A stretch of 64,000 bases of DNA from Spirochaetia bacterium (GCA_965203055.1 OZ241863.1:2784001-2848000); one strand, 5' to 3'. Shown: positions 48,191 to 59,235, numbered from the stretch's first letter. Notes: a model not told the origin generated them from the letters alone. Numbers and translations: made by a program.

Positions 48191-49549
48191 ATGACGAATC
48201 GCACGCTACCGGCGCTGGCAGGGCTGGTCTCGCTGTTGATGCTCGCGAGCGCCGGCGCCTTCGCCGCCGGCGACGCGGACGCCGGGGGCGAGGCCGCCGA
48301 AGGTCCCGCGCCGCTCATTCTTTCGGCCTGGGGCGGGCAGGAGGTGGCCGACTTCTACGCCGCCAACGCCGCCGAGTTCTCGCGCCTGAGCCAGGGCCGG
48401 GTGGACGCCAGCTTCCGCCACATCACCGCCGACTACAATCAGAAGGTGCAGGCGATGATCGCCGCCGGCGACGCGCCCGACGTTTTCCTGCTCGGCTCCA
48501 CCAACGCCCCCATCTGGTGGCGCAAGGGCCTGCTGCTGGAGCTCACCGACACCGTGCACGCGCACGGCCTGCTGGACGACAGCAAGTGGTATTCGTCGCT
48601 GTTCTCCTCCTCGCGCGACGGCGACACCTTCTTCGGCCTGCCGGACGCGATGAACGTGTTCCTGCTGATCTACAACAAGTCGGAGTTCGACAAGCACGGC
48701 GTGGCCCATCCCACGGCCGACTGGACCTGGGACGACGTCAAGGAAGCGGCCATGAAGCTGACCGTCGACGAGAACGGCGACGGCGTGAACGAGCTGTGGG
48801 GCTTCAACGTCTGGAACACGTGGTGGGCGTGGTATCAGGTGTTCCTGTGGTCGTGGGGCGCCGAGTGGGCGATCGACGATCACGAGGCCAACACCATTCC
48901 ATGGCTCGCCGGCAAGGACTGGCGCGACGGCCAGATGGTCGACTCCGGCGCGGCCGCGGCGCTGCGCTGGCTGCAGGACGGCATCCACAAGGACCAGTTC
49001 ATCAGGCCGCGCGTCGGCGCCACGGTCGGCGGCGAAGCGTTTCAGCAGGGTCTCACGGCGATGGACATCATCGGCACGTGGTACCTGGAGACCACGATCC
49101 TGGTGGAAGACTTCGACTGGGACATCGCGCCGATCCCGCGCGTCGGCAAGGGCGACCCGCACGTCACCCACATGACCGTATCGCCGTGGGTGGTCAACGC
49201 GCGCACCGAGCACCCCGAGGCGGCGAGCGAATTCGCGGCCTTCATGTGCTGCAACAACTTCGTGATGGAGACGATGCGCCGGGACACGCCGCTCTCCAAG
49301 GAGGTGGCCTTCTCGGACGCCTACCTGAAGATCCCCGGCGCTCCCGACAACTATCGGCTGCGCGTCGACATCATCGACATGATCGAATACCCGCGCTACT
49401 GGAACCGCCAGCTTCCGAACATCGGCGAGGTGACCCAGGCGTTCCAGACCGAGATGGAGAAGCTGCTCATCAACACCCAGACGCCCGAGGACACGGCGGC
49501 CAACGTCGACCGCGAGGTGGCGCGCCTGATCGCCAAGGGCTGGGACTGA
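48191..49549 (+). CDS. Carbohydrate ABC substrate-binding protein (family 1)
   Basis: Signal peptide, AAGDAPDVF, IYNKSEFDKHGV and WTWDD. Confidence 0.9.
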   Translation: MTNRTLPALAGLVSLLMLASAGAFAAGDADAGGEAAEGPAPLILSAWGGQEVADFYAANAAEFSRLSQGRVDASFRHITADYNQKVQAMIAAGDAPDVFLLGSTNAPIWWRKGLLLELTDTVHAHGLLDDSKWYSSLFSSSRDGDTFFGLPDAMNVFLLIYNKSEFDKHGVAHPTADWTWDDVKEAAMKLTVDENGDGVNELWGFNVWNTWWAWYQVFLWSWGAEWAIDDHEANTIPWLAGKDWRDGQMVDSGAAAALRWLQDGIHKDQFIRPRVGATVGGEAFQQGLTAMDIIGTWYLETTILVEDFDWDIAPIPRVGKGDPHVTHMTVSPWVVNARTEHPEAASEFAAFMCCNNFVMETMRRDTPLSKEVAFSDAYLKIPGAPDNYRLRVDIIDMIEYPRYWNRQLPNIGEVTQAFQTEMEKLLINTQTPEDTAANVDREVARLIAKGWD

Positions 49550-49627
49550 CGTTTGCGAACGTGAGCCGCGCAGCGGCGCGGTAGCGGACCGGTGCCCGGA
49601 GGTAACTCCGGGCACCCCTTCAGGTTT

Positions 49628-50512
49628 ATGAAAGGCTCGACCAAGAAGAAGATCGAAGGCTACCTCTTCATCTTCCCGTGGATCATCGGGTTGTCGGCGT
49701 TCGTGATCTACCCGGCCGGGTACGGTCTGGTCCTGGGCTTCTTCAAGTTCGACATCTTCAATCCGCCGACGTGGGTCGGGCTGCGGCACTTCCGGGAGCT
49801 GTTCACCGAAGACCCCAACTTCCTGACGTCGCTGTCGGTAACCCTGCGTTACATCGTCTTCTCGGTGACCCTGCGGGTCGGCGCGGCGTTCTTCCTGGCC
49901 CTGCTCCTGAACCAGAAGGTGAAGGGGCTGGGACTCTGGCGCACCCTGTTCTACACGCCGTCGATCGTCGCCGGCTACGCGCTGGCGCTGCTGTGGAACC
50001 GGATGATGGATCCGCAGTACGGGCTGGTGAACGTGGTGCTGCGCTTCTTCGGCGGGCCGACGCCCAACTGGTTCGGCTCCGAAACGCTGGCGTTCGCCAC
50101 CATCACCGTGATGTCGGTCTGGTCGGTGGGTCCGCTGGTGGTGATCTTCCTGGCCGGCCTGCAGGGCATTCCGCAGGAGCTCTACGAGCAGGCGGAGATC
50201 GACGGCGCCAAGATGCGCCACCGGCTGATCGCGGTGACCGTGCCGATGATCTCGCCGGTGCTGCTGTTCAACCTGGTGATCGGCTGCATCGGCGCCACGC
50301 AGCTCTTCGTGGAGCCGCTGGTGATGACCGGGGGCGGCCCCAACAACGCGACGCTTACGCTGCTCCTCTACCTGTACCGCAATGCGTTCGCCTATCTGAA
50401 GATGGGCTACGCCGCGGCAATCGCGCTGATCATGTTCCTGCTGACCCTGGGCCTGACCGTCTTCCTGTTCCGCTGGTCGCGGCGCTGGGTGTACTACGCG
50501 GGGTCCGGCTGA
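49628..50512 (+). CDS. Carbohydrate ABC permease
   Basis: GYLFIFPWIIG and LAGLQGIPQELYEQAEIDGA (EAA loop). Confidence 0.9.
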   Translation: MKGSTKKKIEGYLFIFPWIIGLSAFVIYPAGYGLVLGFFKFDIFNPPTWVGLRHFRELFTEDPNFLTSLSVTLRYIVFSVTLRVGAAFFLALLLNQKVKGLGLWRTLFYTPSIVAGYALALLWNRMMDPQYGLVNVVLRFFGGPTPNWFGSETLAFATITVMSVWSVGPLVVIFLAGLQGIPQELYEQAEIDGAKMRHRLIAVTVPMISPVLLFNLVIGCIGATQLFVEPLVMTGGGPNNATLTLLLYLYRNAFAYLKMGYAAAIALIMFLLTLGLTVFLFRWSRRWVYYAGSG

Positions 50513-51402
50513 TGAGTTCCGGCGTCCTGGCCGCGGCCGTGCGCGGCAAGCCGGTGGGGCTGCGGGTCCGCCGCGGGGTATGGCGGGTGGTCGTCTACCT
50601 GTTGCTGCTGGTGCTGGTGGCGGTCGCGCTGCTGCCCTTGCTGTGGATGGTCTCGACGTCGCTCAAGCCGGGCTTCATCGAAGCCTACAGCCTGTCGCTG
50701 CTGCCCTCCAGGGTGACCTGGTCCAACTACCCCGACACCTGGAACCGCGTGCCCTTCCCGGGGCCGCTCGCCAACACCATCTTCATTACCGCGTTGGCGC
50801 TGTTCGGGTCGCTGCTGTCGGCCTCGATCACCGGGTTCGCGTTCGCCCGGCTGCGCTTTCCCGGGCGCAACGTCTGGTTCGCCATCCTGATCATGACCAT
50901 GCTGATCCCGCCGGCGATCATGATCATCCCGCAGTATCTGCTGTTCAGTTGGCTGCGCTGGATCGATTCCTACAAGCCGCTGATCATCCCCTGGTTCTTC
51001 GGCGGCGGAGCGTTCCGCATCTTTCTGTTCCGCCAGTTCATCAAGTCGATCCCCGAGGAACTCGATCAGGCCGCGGAGATCGACGGCTGCTCCACCCTGC
51101 GCATCTTCGGCCAGATCATCGTGCCGCTGATGATGCCGGCGGTGGCCACCGTCGCGGTGCTCGGGTTCATGGACTACTGGAACGACTTCTTCGCGCCGTT
51201 CATCTACCTGAACAACGTCGACAAGGACACCATCGTGCTGCGCCTGTTCCGCATCTGGTCGGACGTCGAAGGTTACATGCGCGAGGAGCTGCACACGGTG
51301 ATGGCCGGCAACGTGATGGTCACCCTGCCGGGGTTCATCATCTTCTTCATCGCCCAGAAGCGGTTCATCCAGGGCATCGTCACCACCGGCATCAAAGGCT
51401 GA
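50512..51402 (+). CDS. Carbohydrate ABC permease
   Basis: IPEELDQAAEIDG, WNDFF and QKRFIQGIVTTGIKG. TGATG coupling. Confidence 0.9.
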   Translation: MSSGVLAAAVRGKPVGLRVRRGVWRVVVYLLLLVLVAVALLPLLWMVSTSLKPGFIEAYSLSLLPSRVTWSNYPDTWNRVPFPGPLANTIFITALALFGSLLSASITGFAFARLRFPGRNVWFAILIMTMLIPPAIMIIPQYLLFSWLRWIDSYKPLIIPWFFGGGAFRIFLFRQFIKSIPEELDQAAEIDGCSTLRIFGQIIVPLMMPAVATVAVLGFMDYWNDFFAPFIYLNNVDKDTIVLRLFRIWSDVEGYMREELHTVMAGNVMVTLPGFIIFFIAQKRFIQGIVTTGIKG

Positions 51403-51542
51403 CACCCGCCGCCGTAAGCGGGGCGCCCGGCGAGTTGCCGGCGCGCGCGGGGGCGCATTTCCAAAAAATGCAGGTAAGCGTCGGGCCGCTTGGCGGCCAA
51501 GCCCAGTCCCCAGTGTTAGATGAGGGTTCTCGGCGATCTTGA

Positions 51543-52868
51543 TCACCGGTCTACCGGCGCCTGACGATCTTCGCCGGGGCGCCCGAATTCGGCGCCGGCG
51601 TGGCGGTAGCGGTGATGGGCGGCGCACAGCAGGCGGAGATTGTTCGGCTCGGCGGCGCCGCCGTAGGCATACGGCACGACGTGATCGATCTGCAGCAGGT
51701 GTTGCGAGCCGCAACGGCGCCCGCTGGTGCGGTCCACGTAGCGGCAGCGGCCGCGGCGCGGTCGCGCCGCCACACCTCGCGCTTGACCGCCGCCGGATGG
51801 CGCGGCCGGGCACGCCCGTCTTCGCTGCCGAAGTCCGGGGCCGCGGCGCGGCAGCCGGCTTCCGCACGCCGTCGCAGCCTGCCGGCCCAGGCGCCGCGTC
51901 TTCGGCGCCGAAGTGGTGTCGGTCGCCGGCTTCGCTGCCGAAGTGTCCGAGCGGTCAGCGGCTTCGTCTCCCGGCTCCGCCGGCGCCTGAGCCGATACCT
52001 TCGCCGCCGAAGGAGCGGCGCTGTCTGCGCCGCGAGCCGAAGCCGCCTGCGTCTTCGCCGCCGAAGTTTGCTCGGCGCCTTTGGCCGAAGCGGGGCGCCG
52101 CCCACGCGGCGGCCGGGCCGGGTCGTGGCGGTCGAGCCCTTCCCGCACCAGCCGTCCCATGAGCTGCCCCATCGTCATTTGCGGATCGACGTGGGACAGG
52201 AGGCCCTTGAGCCGCTCCAAGCCCCGCCGGCACTCATCGTCGATCACCGCCTTGAGTTCCCAGCGCCCGCCGCCGAGGGGCCGCACCCGATCCGCCGCCG
52301 CCGCCAGCTCCGGGTCCACCTCGGCCAGCAACTGCATCACCTCCCGGCTGCTCTTGCCGGCCGCCTGCTCCACCAGCTCCCGCCGCGCCTCCGGGTCCAG
52401 CACCGGCGCCGGCTTCCGCTCCGCCGGCCGCGGCGGCGCCGAGCCGTTCTGCGACTGAGCGGCAGCCCCGAACCCGGTCCCGCCCGGCGCGCTACGCGCC
52501 GAGCGTTCCTTCTTGCGCTCGTGCCGGTCGAAGGCGTTCTGCAACTGCGCGGCTGCGTTCAGCGTCATCGTGCCATTCCGCAGGCGCTCGCGCACGCCAT
52601 CGACGTCCGCGCAGAGCCGCATCGCCTTGATGCGCCGCCACGCCGCGGCGTCGCTGTAACCCAGTTCGCGCACCGCATAATCGAACAGGCTCGAGAACCC
52701 GCGGCGCAGATACAGGCGGCGCTTCTGAATCTCCCGCAGGTGGTCGATGACGACCACTTCGAGATGGTGTTCGATGCGGGAAAGTTCCTTGGTCCGCTCC
52801 AGCAAACGGTCGTCTGAGAGGGCGGAAACGGTAGTCGTGACGGCCCCGTCGGAAGCATGATTGTTCAT
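51543..52868 (-). CDS. HNH endonuclease, copy 2 (compensating frameshifts at ~51760-51865)
   Basis: Highly similar to 7779..9122. AAVKREVWRRD is read in another frame. Confidence 0.8.
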   Translation of the reverse strand: MNNHASDGAVTTTVSALSDDRLLERTKELSRIEHHLEVVVIDHLREIQKRRLYLRRGFSSLFDYAVRELGYSDAAAWRRIKAMRLCADVDGVRERLRNGTMTLNAAAQLQNAFDRHERKKERSARSAPGGTGFGAAAQSQNGSAPPRPAERKPAPVLDPEARRELVEQAAGKSSREVMQLLAEVDPELAAAADRVRPLGGGRWELKAVIDDECRRGLERLKGLLSHVDPQMTMGQLMGRLVREGLDRHDPARPPRGRRPASAKGAEQTSAAKTQAASARGADSAAPSAAKVSAQAPAEPGDEAADRSDTSAAKPATDTTSAPKTRRLGRQAATACGSRLPRRGPGLRQRRRACPAAPSGGGQARGVAARPRRGRCRYVDRTSGRRCGSQHLLQIDHVVPYAYGGAAEPNNLRLLCAAHHRYRHAGAEFGRPGEDRQAPVDR

Positions 52869-52974
52869 GACATAAGTATAATCATGGAAACCATTTGAGT
52901 CAAGCTCTTCGGCCCGGAAGATGCCACCTGAGGGCGTGACGCGGCGGCGCATTTCCAAGCGGCTGGACGTTCCG

Positions 52975-54810
52975 TCAGATGCTACTGCCGAGAATGTCGC
53001 CGGCGTCGACAGGGCGCGATCTGCCGGGTACCGGAGGGCCGGCGCCGGTGCCGGCGCGGGCTTCGGCGGCGGCGCGGTCGGCGTTGAGGGCGAGGAGGCG
53101 GGCGAGCACTTCGTCGCGGACTTCGTCGGGCCAGCGCCAGCGGTAGGGCTTCTTCTTGCGGCCCCAGGCGGCCTCGTCGATTGCGTAGTCGAGGAGCAGG
53201 TCGCAGTCGGTGGGAATGTCGCTCCAGCCGTAGGCGTCGAGCACGGCGCGGTCCATGGCGGCGTGCAGCTCGCGCAGTTCGGCGATGCGCGGGTCGGTCT
53301 CGTAGAGATCGTGGAAGCGGTTGTAGGTTTGGGTCATGCCCTCGTCGTTGTCCACCATGAGCGCCGCGCGGTGCTCGTAGTACGCCTTGCCGGCGGCTTC
53401 GAGGGCGGGATGAGTGTCCCAGCCTTCCGGGAACGGGAAAGTCTCGAAGCAGTCGGAGGGGGTGTAGCGGAGCCGTTCTTCCAGTGACGATCCGAAGAAC
53501 GGACCCAAACTTCGTGAGGGCGGGATTGTAATGCGCAGATTGCGGCGTACTAAGTCAACGGAAAGACGATCATGGATTCCGCGTACACCATGTCTCTTGG
53601 GAGGAAGGTAAATGCCGCGTGTTGGCCGACACGGGAGACTACCAGCACTCGGTCCAGGCCAGCGATGGCGGCGTAGAGGCCCGGTCGCTTTTCGGCGTAA
53701 TGCCACCAACGCTCTCGAAGCGCTTTGCGGTTCTGGACGTCGCGCTCTGGCTTGGTCTTCGTCTCGACGATCCTCAGCAAGTCCGGCCAATCGGCCGCTA
53801 CCGGTTCGGGGTAGTCGTGCGGCGCAAGCGGACGGCGCCGCAACGCTCGCCTTCTCTCCGCGCCAGCCGCGGCCCACGACTCTCCGATCTTCGCCCGGTG
53901 CAAGGGCCAGTCGTGAAAGTTGATGACGTAGCGATGGTGGGCGTGAGTCGGACTGGTGTTCACCTCCTCGCCGCCGACGTAGGGGAAGATCACTTCCCGG
54001 TTGCGCGGGTCCTGATCGATCAGCCGCCGCATCTCGGCGAGCGGTGATGCGACGCCTTTCTTGTCGGTGTCGTCGAAGGTAAAGCCCATGCCGAGCACGA
54101 TGCTGCCCTGAAAGCTCTTGCCGGCGTTGGCCGCAAGCCGCACCGGGTCGGCGTGGCCGCCGCGATGGAACAGAAACGCCGTGATATGGTCCACCGGTGC
54201 GCGGTCGAGCATCCTCTTGCCGGCAAGCTCGCCCTTGGCGAGGTGCACGACGCTGACCACGACCGCCGCATCGCCCGGCCCCGGTGGCGCGCAGCAGGCG
54301 CTCGGCGCGCCCCTGGGCGGATGCGTCCAGCCCGCCGGCGCCGGGCGCCGGGCGGTCGAACTCCTGGCCGGCGGCCAGCACCTGCACCAGCAGTTGCCAC
54401 GGGGAGTCGCCGCTGCCGGGATCGCGCTCGCGCACCGCGAAGTCGGGACGCAGGGTCTCGCCGTAATCGGGCAGCGGCAACGTGAGCTCTTCAGGGATCG
54501 GAGTTTCTTCGGTGAAGCCGGCGTAGCCCCGGGGCGAGAAGCCCCAACCGAGCACCGCGGCGGCGAACTCGCGGAAGTCGCGGATGCATGCGATAGGCTG
54601 CTGGTCGGGAGCGAGCGGAGCGAGCTCGCGTTCCTCGGTGCAGCCGGCGAGCAGCGCCTGCCGGTGGGAATCCTGGCGGTTGACGAACGCGCCCGCCTTG
54701 AGCAGCGCCGGCGGCGACACCACCAGACCGTGCGGCTGGATGAACCCCAGCCATTCCAGGTGCGCGCGCGTGTTCGGATCGGCAGCAGGCATCGTTTCAG
54801 CAGCCCTCAT
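52975..54810 (-). pseudogene. Internally deleted type IIG / Eco57I-MmeI-like DNA methyltransferase (DISARM/BREX-type large methylase)
   Basis: N-terminal HLEWLGFIQPHGLVVSPPAL is joined at ~54280 to PGDAAVVVSVVHL, then SFQGSIVLGMGF and LRYTPSDCFETFPFP. Catalytic core is missing and frameshifts are present. Confidence 0.75.
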
Positions 54811-54971
54811 AATAGACTACCCGACGACCAAGGGGACGCAGGTAGCGCCGGGCGGCATAGCGGACAGGAGGCTTCTTGCCAGGGTCTACCAACAATTGGA
54901 AGTGCGCCCTGCGCTGCCCGCGCGGGCGCGGCGTTGCGGCGGCGCGCGGCATCGGCTATGGTATCGTTGCT

Positions 54972-55982
54972 ATGGCATCTGCAGACCTTGGCAGGCGCAG
55001 CGCGCGCGGCGAGTGGAAGCCCGCCGAGCGGATCGAGCTGCCGGCGCCGTTCCAGTGGCCGCTCAAGCCGCTGGAGATTCTCAAGTGGATCTTCGCGTTC
55101 CCCGGCTACCTGTGGCCGATGAACGCGCTCTGGTTCGGAATCACTGCGCTCACCTGGTTCGCACTCACGCCGCCGCTGGAGTCGATGGCGACCTTCCGGC
55201 CCGGCTGGATGGCGTGGATCTTCGCCCGCAATGCCGCGCTGCTGTTCGTGTGGTTCGGCCTGTGGCACACGCGGCTGTACATCCAGCGCGCGCAGGGGCT
55301 GCGCTACAAGTACAGCAACCGCTGGCTGAGCACCGGGAACCGCGGCTTCACGTTCAATCACCAGACCCGCGACAACGTGTTCTGGAGCGTCGTGTCGGGC
55401 GGCGGGATATGGTCGATCTACGAGATCGCCACGCTGTGGGCGTACGCCAACGACTATCTGCCGTTCGTCGAGCTGCGCACCAACCCGGTCTACTTCGTCG
55501 CGCTGGCGCTCTTGATCCCGCTCATCCGCGACGTCCACTTCTACTGGGTCCATCGGCTCCTGCACTGGAAGCCGCTGTACAAGGCCGCGCACTACCTCCA
55601 TCACCGCAACGTCAACGTCGGGCCGTGGTCCGGGCTGTCGATGCATCCGCTCGAGCACCTGCTCTACTTCAGCGGGGTGCTGCTGCACTGGATCCTGCCG
55701 TCGCACCCGCTGCACGCCATCTTTCATCTGCAGCATGCCGCCCTCTCGCCCGCGATCGGCCACACCGGGTACGAGAAGGCCGAGCTCGCCACCGAGTCGC
55801 TGGCGCTCAAGCACGGCAGCTACTTTCACTACCTCCATCACCGCTACTTCGAATGCAACTACGCCGGCGACAACGGAATGGTGTTCGACCGCATGTTCGG
55901 AAGCTTCCACGACGGCACCGAGGAAGCGCACACCAGGATGCGCGCCCGGACCCACGCCCGCATGCGGAACCGCCGCGCGTAG
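54972..55982 (+). CDS. Sterol desaturase / fatty acid hydroxylase family protein
   Basis: His boxes HFYWVHRLLH, HYLHH, SMHPLE and FHYLHH. Confidence 0.9.
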   Translation: MASADLGRRSARGEWKPAERIELPAPFQWPLKPLEILKWIFAFPGYLWPMNALWFGITALTWFALTPPLESMATFRPGWMAWIFARNAALLFVWFGLWHTRLYIQRAQGLRYKYSNRWLSTGNRGFTFNHQTRDNVFWSVVSGGGIWSIYEIATLWAYANDYLPFVELRTNPVYFVALALLIPLIRDVHFYWVHRLLHWKPLYKAAHYLHHRNVNVGPWSGLSMHPLEHLLYFSGVLLHWILPSHPLHAIFHLQHAALSPAIGHTGYEKAELATESLALKHGSYFHYLHHRYFECNYAGDNGMVFDRMFGSFHDGTEEAHTRMRARTHARMRNRRA

Positions 55983-55997
55983 CCGTCAGACCATGAG

Positions 55998-56737
55998 ATG
56001 AAATCCAAATCCAATCTTCAAGATCGCGCCGAGCGGGCCGCAAGGCTATTCCGGGATGAAGCTCGAATTGACGAAGAGATCCTGTCATATCCCAAGGACT
56101 TGGTGACCAAGACGTTTGCCGACAATAACTTCATTTCCTACGACCGATCGGATCGGTTTTTCCGTCAGATCGACAAGCCGGAGTTTCGAGGTCGAGATCA
56201 AGTAGAGAACGACAAATCGAGAGTGCAGGCGCTTCCCATCGTTGTCGTACGGAACGCTGATGGGGATGTGCTGCGTCTTCGACGGCGCGAAAAGACGAGC
56301 GGTAATCCGCTTCACAACAAGATCGTACTGTGGGCCGGCGGTCACGTTCGGCGTGAGGACGACTACAACGGCGATCCCCTTGTTCACTGCGCCGTCCGGG
56401 AACTCGAAGAGGAGCTGCGACTGCAGATAGCGAGTTCCGATCTCGTTCCGATCGGAGCTCTGTACTTTGACAACGGGGGAAGTACTTCGAGGCACGTTGC
56501 AATTGCATACGAGTGGCAGGCTGCAACGAATGACGTCTCGATCGTCCTTAGCAGATCGGAGTTCTTCGAAAGAAGGGGGACGTCTTTGAGTGGAAGTTCG
56601 CCGGTGTGGACAAATTGGTAGACGACGTCCGCAAGAAGGAGCTGAAGGAACCCTGGTCCGTGGAGCTGGTTCGCAAGTACTTGGCGAAGGCGGCATTTGA
56701 TGAAGAAGGGAGCCTGTTCGATGCGGTCCATGGGTAG
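55998..56737 (+). pseudogene. Low-GC NUDIX-domain protein (fragment or frameshifted near 56600)
   Basis: AGGHVR....CAVRELEEEL Nudix box. Second frame continues to TAG at 56737. Confidence 0.6.
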
Positions 56738-56764
56738 CCATGGCCGCGTCCCGGAGGAGGAGCC

Positions 56765-57523
56765 ATGGCTGTAACGACGGACCGCGCCCTGCAATATAAG
56801 CAGGACGGCATTCTGTTTCCGATCGATCTGTTCAGCGGCGAGGAGATCGCTGCCTGCCGGCGCGAGTTCGACCGGCTGGACGAGACCGAGGGCGTCGACC
56901 GCGCGCAGGGGCGCAACCGCCAGCGGCACTTCGATCTGGAGTTCGTGTGGCGGCTGGCGGCGCATCCCACCTTGATCGGCGTGATGCGGGAGCTGCTGGG
57001 GCCGGACCTGCTGCTGCTGGCGACCGACTTCTTCGTCAAGTACGGCAGCCCGGAAGCCAACGCGTTCGTCGCCTGGCACCAGGACGTCACCTACTGGGGC
57101 CTGGAGCCGCCCGAGGCGCACACCGCGTGGATCGCCATCGACGACAGCGACGTCGAGAACGGCTGCATGCGCGTCATCCCCGGTTCGCACCGACACGGCA
57201 TCGCCACCCACGGCACCTCCCGCCGAGCCGGCAACCAGCTCAGCATCAACCAGGAGATCCCGGACGAGCTGGTGGATACCTCGTCGGCGGTCGACGTGGA
57301 GCTCCGCGCCGGCCAGATCTCGGTCCACGACGGGCACCTGTTCCATGCCAGCCAGCCGAACCGCTCCCACCGGCGCCGGTGCGGCATGACGGCGCGCTTC
57401 ATCCGGCCCAACGTGCGCCAGGCCGCGGCCAACTCGCTCGGCAGCGACTGGCGGCCGGTCCTGGTGGCCGGAGAAGACCGCTTCGGCAACTTCAACCTGG
57501 CCGAGCGACCGTTCGCCGACTGA
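56765..57523 (+). CDS. Phytanoyl-CoA dioxygenase (PhyH) family
   Basis: WHQD..YW, ENGCMRVIPGSH and HASQPN.S..RR. Confidence 0.9.
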   Translation: MAVTTDRALQYKQDGILFPIDLFSGEEIAACRREFDRLDETEGVDRAQGRNRQRHFDLEFVWRLAAHPTLIGVMRELLGPDLLLLATDFFVKYGSPEANAFVAWHQDVTYWGLEPPEAHTAWIAIDDSDVENGCMRVIPGSHRHGIATHGTSRRAGNQLSINQEIPDELVDTSSAVDVELRAGQISVHDGHLFHASQPNRSHRRRCGMTARFIRPNVRQAAANSLGSDWRPVLVAGEDRFGNFNLAERPFAD

Positions 57524-57544
57524 CCCTGCGAACGCGCCGGCGGG

Positions 57545-59041
57545 TCAGCGCGGCGGCGCGCTCCGGCCTGAGGCGACGTACCGGTCCAGCGCGCTCTTCA
57601 ACTCCTCGACCACCTGCGGCTGCTCGAAGTAGAGATTGGTCGTCTCGCCCGGGTCGGCCTGCAGATCGTAGAGCTGGCCGGGGGCAGCCGGCGCCTTCTC
57701 CGGCAGGGCATAGGGCTTCAGTTCTTCCCTCTCGTAGTCGTTGCCGCCGGAGCCGCGGTGGTCCAGGTACTTCCACTTGCCGCGCCGGATCGACAGGTTC
57801 AGGGCGGGCTCGCCGCCGGCGCCGGTGTTGCTCAGGAAACTCTGATGCAGGGTATGCGCGCGGACGGCTTCACCGGCCGGGGTCTGGCCGAGCATCGCCG
57901 GCAGGATGTCGTAGCTGTCCTCGGCTGCGTCGTTGGGCAAGTCGACGCCCGTCAGCGCCGCGCAGGTCGCCATCAGGTCGCACAGGCAGACCGTCTGAGC
58001 GCTGCTGCTCCCGGCGGCGATACGCCGCGGCCAGCGCGCGATGAAGGGCACGCGGTGTCCGCCTTCCCATTGATCGCGCTTCATCCCGCGCCACGGGCGC
58101 GCGCCGTCGTGCGCGTAGTCCCGGCGCATGTTCACGACGCTGGTAACTTCCGGTCCGTTGTCGCTGGTCACCATGACCAGCGTATCCTCGGCCAATCCCA
58201 GCCGCTCCAGGGTGTCGAGCAGCTCGCCGACGACGTAATCGAACTCGAAGATGAAGTCGCCGTGCGGTCCGGCGCCGGTCCTGCCCCGAAACTCCTTGCC
58301 GGGGAACGACGGCAGGTGCACGCCCTGGGTGGAGTGAAACAGAAAGAAGGGGCGTTCCGGCGAGGCCGCGGCATGCTGCTCCAGAAACCGCACGCTGCGC
58401 TGCAGAAACACCATGTCGATCTCTTCGAAGTCGAAGCCGGGAGCCAGCCAGCCGATGCGATTGTCCCTGGCGTAGGGATGGTCGGGCAGCCCCGCCCGAT
58501 CATGGAGCCGGGTTGGCGGCACCGGGATGCGGTCGCCGTCGATGAACGCATAGAGGAAGTCGGTGGTCGGGCAACACGCGGTGCCGTAGAAGTGATCGAA
58601 CCCGCGGTGGATGGGCGCGTCGGGAATCGCCCGCGTGTAGTCGATGCGCGCCACCGGCTCGAAGCCGTTCTCGTTGATCGGGCGGCCCTCCCGGTCCGGG
58701 AAGCTCAAGCCCACGTGCCACTTGCCGTACAGCGCGGTGCGATACCCCTGCGCGCGCAGCATGCCGGGCAGCGTGAGGCGGGACTCTTCGATCAGACCGG
58801 GGCCGCCGGCGCCGGTGAACACGCCGGGGACGCCGGTCCTGAACTCCATTCTGCCGGTCAGGATGCTGTAGCGGCTGGGCGTGCACACGGTCGCCGGACT
58901 GTGGGCGTCGGTGAAGCTCATGCCCTCGGACGCCAGCCGATCGAGGTTCGGCGTAGGTACTCGCGACTCGGCGTTGTAGCAGGCCACGTCGCCGTAGCCC
59001 AGATCGTCGGCGAGAATCAACAGAACGTTAGGTCGATCCAC
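57545..59041 (-). CDS. Arylsulfatase
   Basis: PNVLLILADDLGYGD, CTPSRYSILTGR, GKWH, TSDNG and EGGHRVP. Confidence 0.92.
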   Translation of the reverse strand: MDRPNVLLILADDLGYGDVACYNAESRVPTPNLDRLASEGMSFTDAHSPATVCTPSRYSILTGRMEFRTGVPGVFTGAGGPGLIEESRLTLPGMLRAQGYRTALYGKWHVGLSFPDREGRPINENGFEPVARIDYTRAIPDAPIHRGFDHFYGTACCPTTDFLYAFIDGDRIPVPPTRLHDRAGLPDHPYARDNRIGWLAPGFDFEEIDMVFLQRSVRFLEQHAAASPERPFFLFHSTQGVHLPSFPGKEFRGRTGAGPHGDFIFEFDYVVGELLDTLERLGLAEDTLVMVTSDNGPEVTSVVNMRRDYAHDGARPWRGMKRDQWEGGHRVPFIARWPRRIAAGSSSAQTVCLCDLMATCAALTGVDLPNDAAEDSYDILPAMLGQTPAGEAVRAHTLHQSFLSNTGAGGEPALNLSIRRGKWKYLDHRGSGGNDYEREELKPYALPEKAPAAPGQLYDLQADPGETTNLYFEQPQVVEELKSALDRYVASGRSAPPR

Positions 59042-59235
59042 AGGTCACTTCCTTCAAGCGGCGCGGCCTTCCCGCACGACGGCGGGACGCGGGGCCGCGT
59101 ATTCGGGTACAGTCTCGCCGGCAGCCCGAGGCATCGCGGCTGCAAGACGCGGCGGCGCCGGGTGGCGCGGGACCGACTCTACCACGCGGAGCCCGCCCGC
59201 AAGTACGCAAGGCGGCGCCGGACGGGAGGGAGAGG

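Larger units (their letters stand above)
51451..54909. mobile_element. Larger non-autonomous ISKra4-ended element carrying HNH plus a methylase remnant
   Basis: Ends GGGCGCATTTCCAAAA and AATTGGAAGTGCGCCC. Collinear with 7759..9332. No perfect target duplication. Confidence 0.7.

Noticed and set aside
52975..54810. Intact 611-aa methyltransferase
   Set aside because: The middle of the ORF is off-frame, the real sequence is in ORF 53550..54260, and the catalytic motifs are deleted.
51443..54925. Target duplication for the second HNH element
   Set aside because: Immediate flanks GCGCGCGG and TGCGCTGC differ. A 7/8 match 8 nt further out is plausible by chance in GC-rich DNA.
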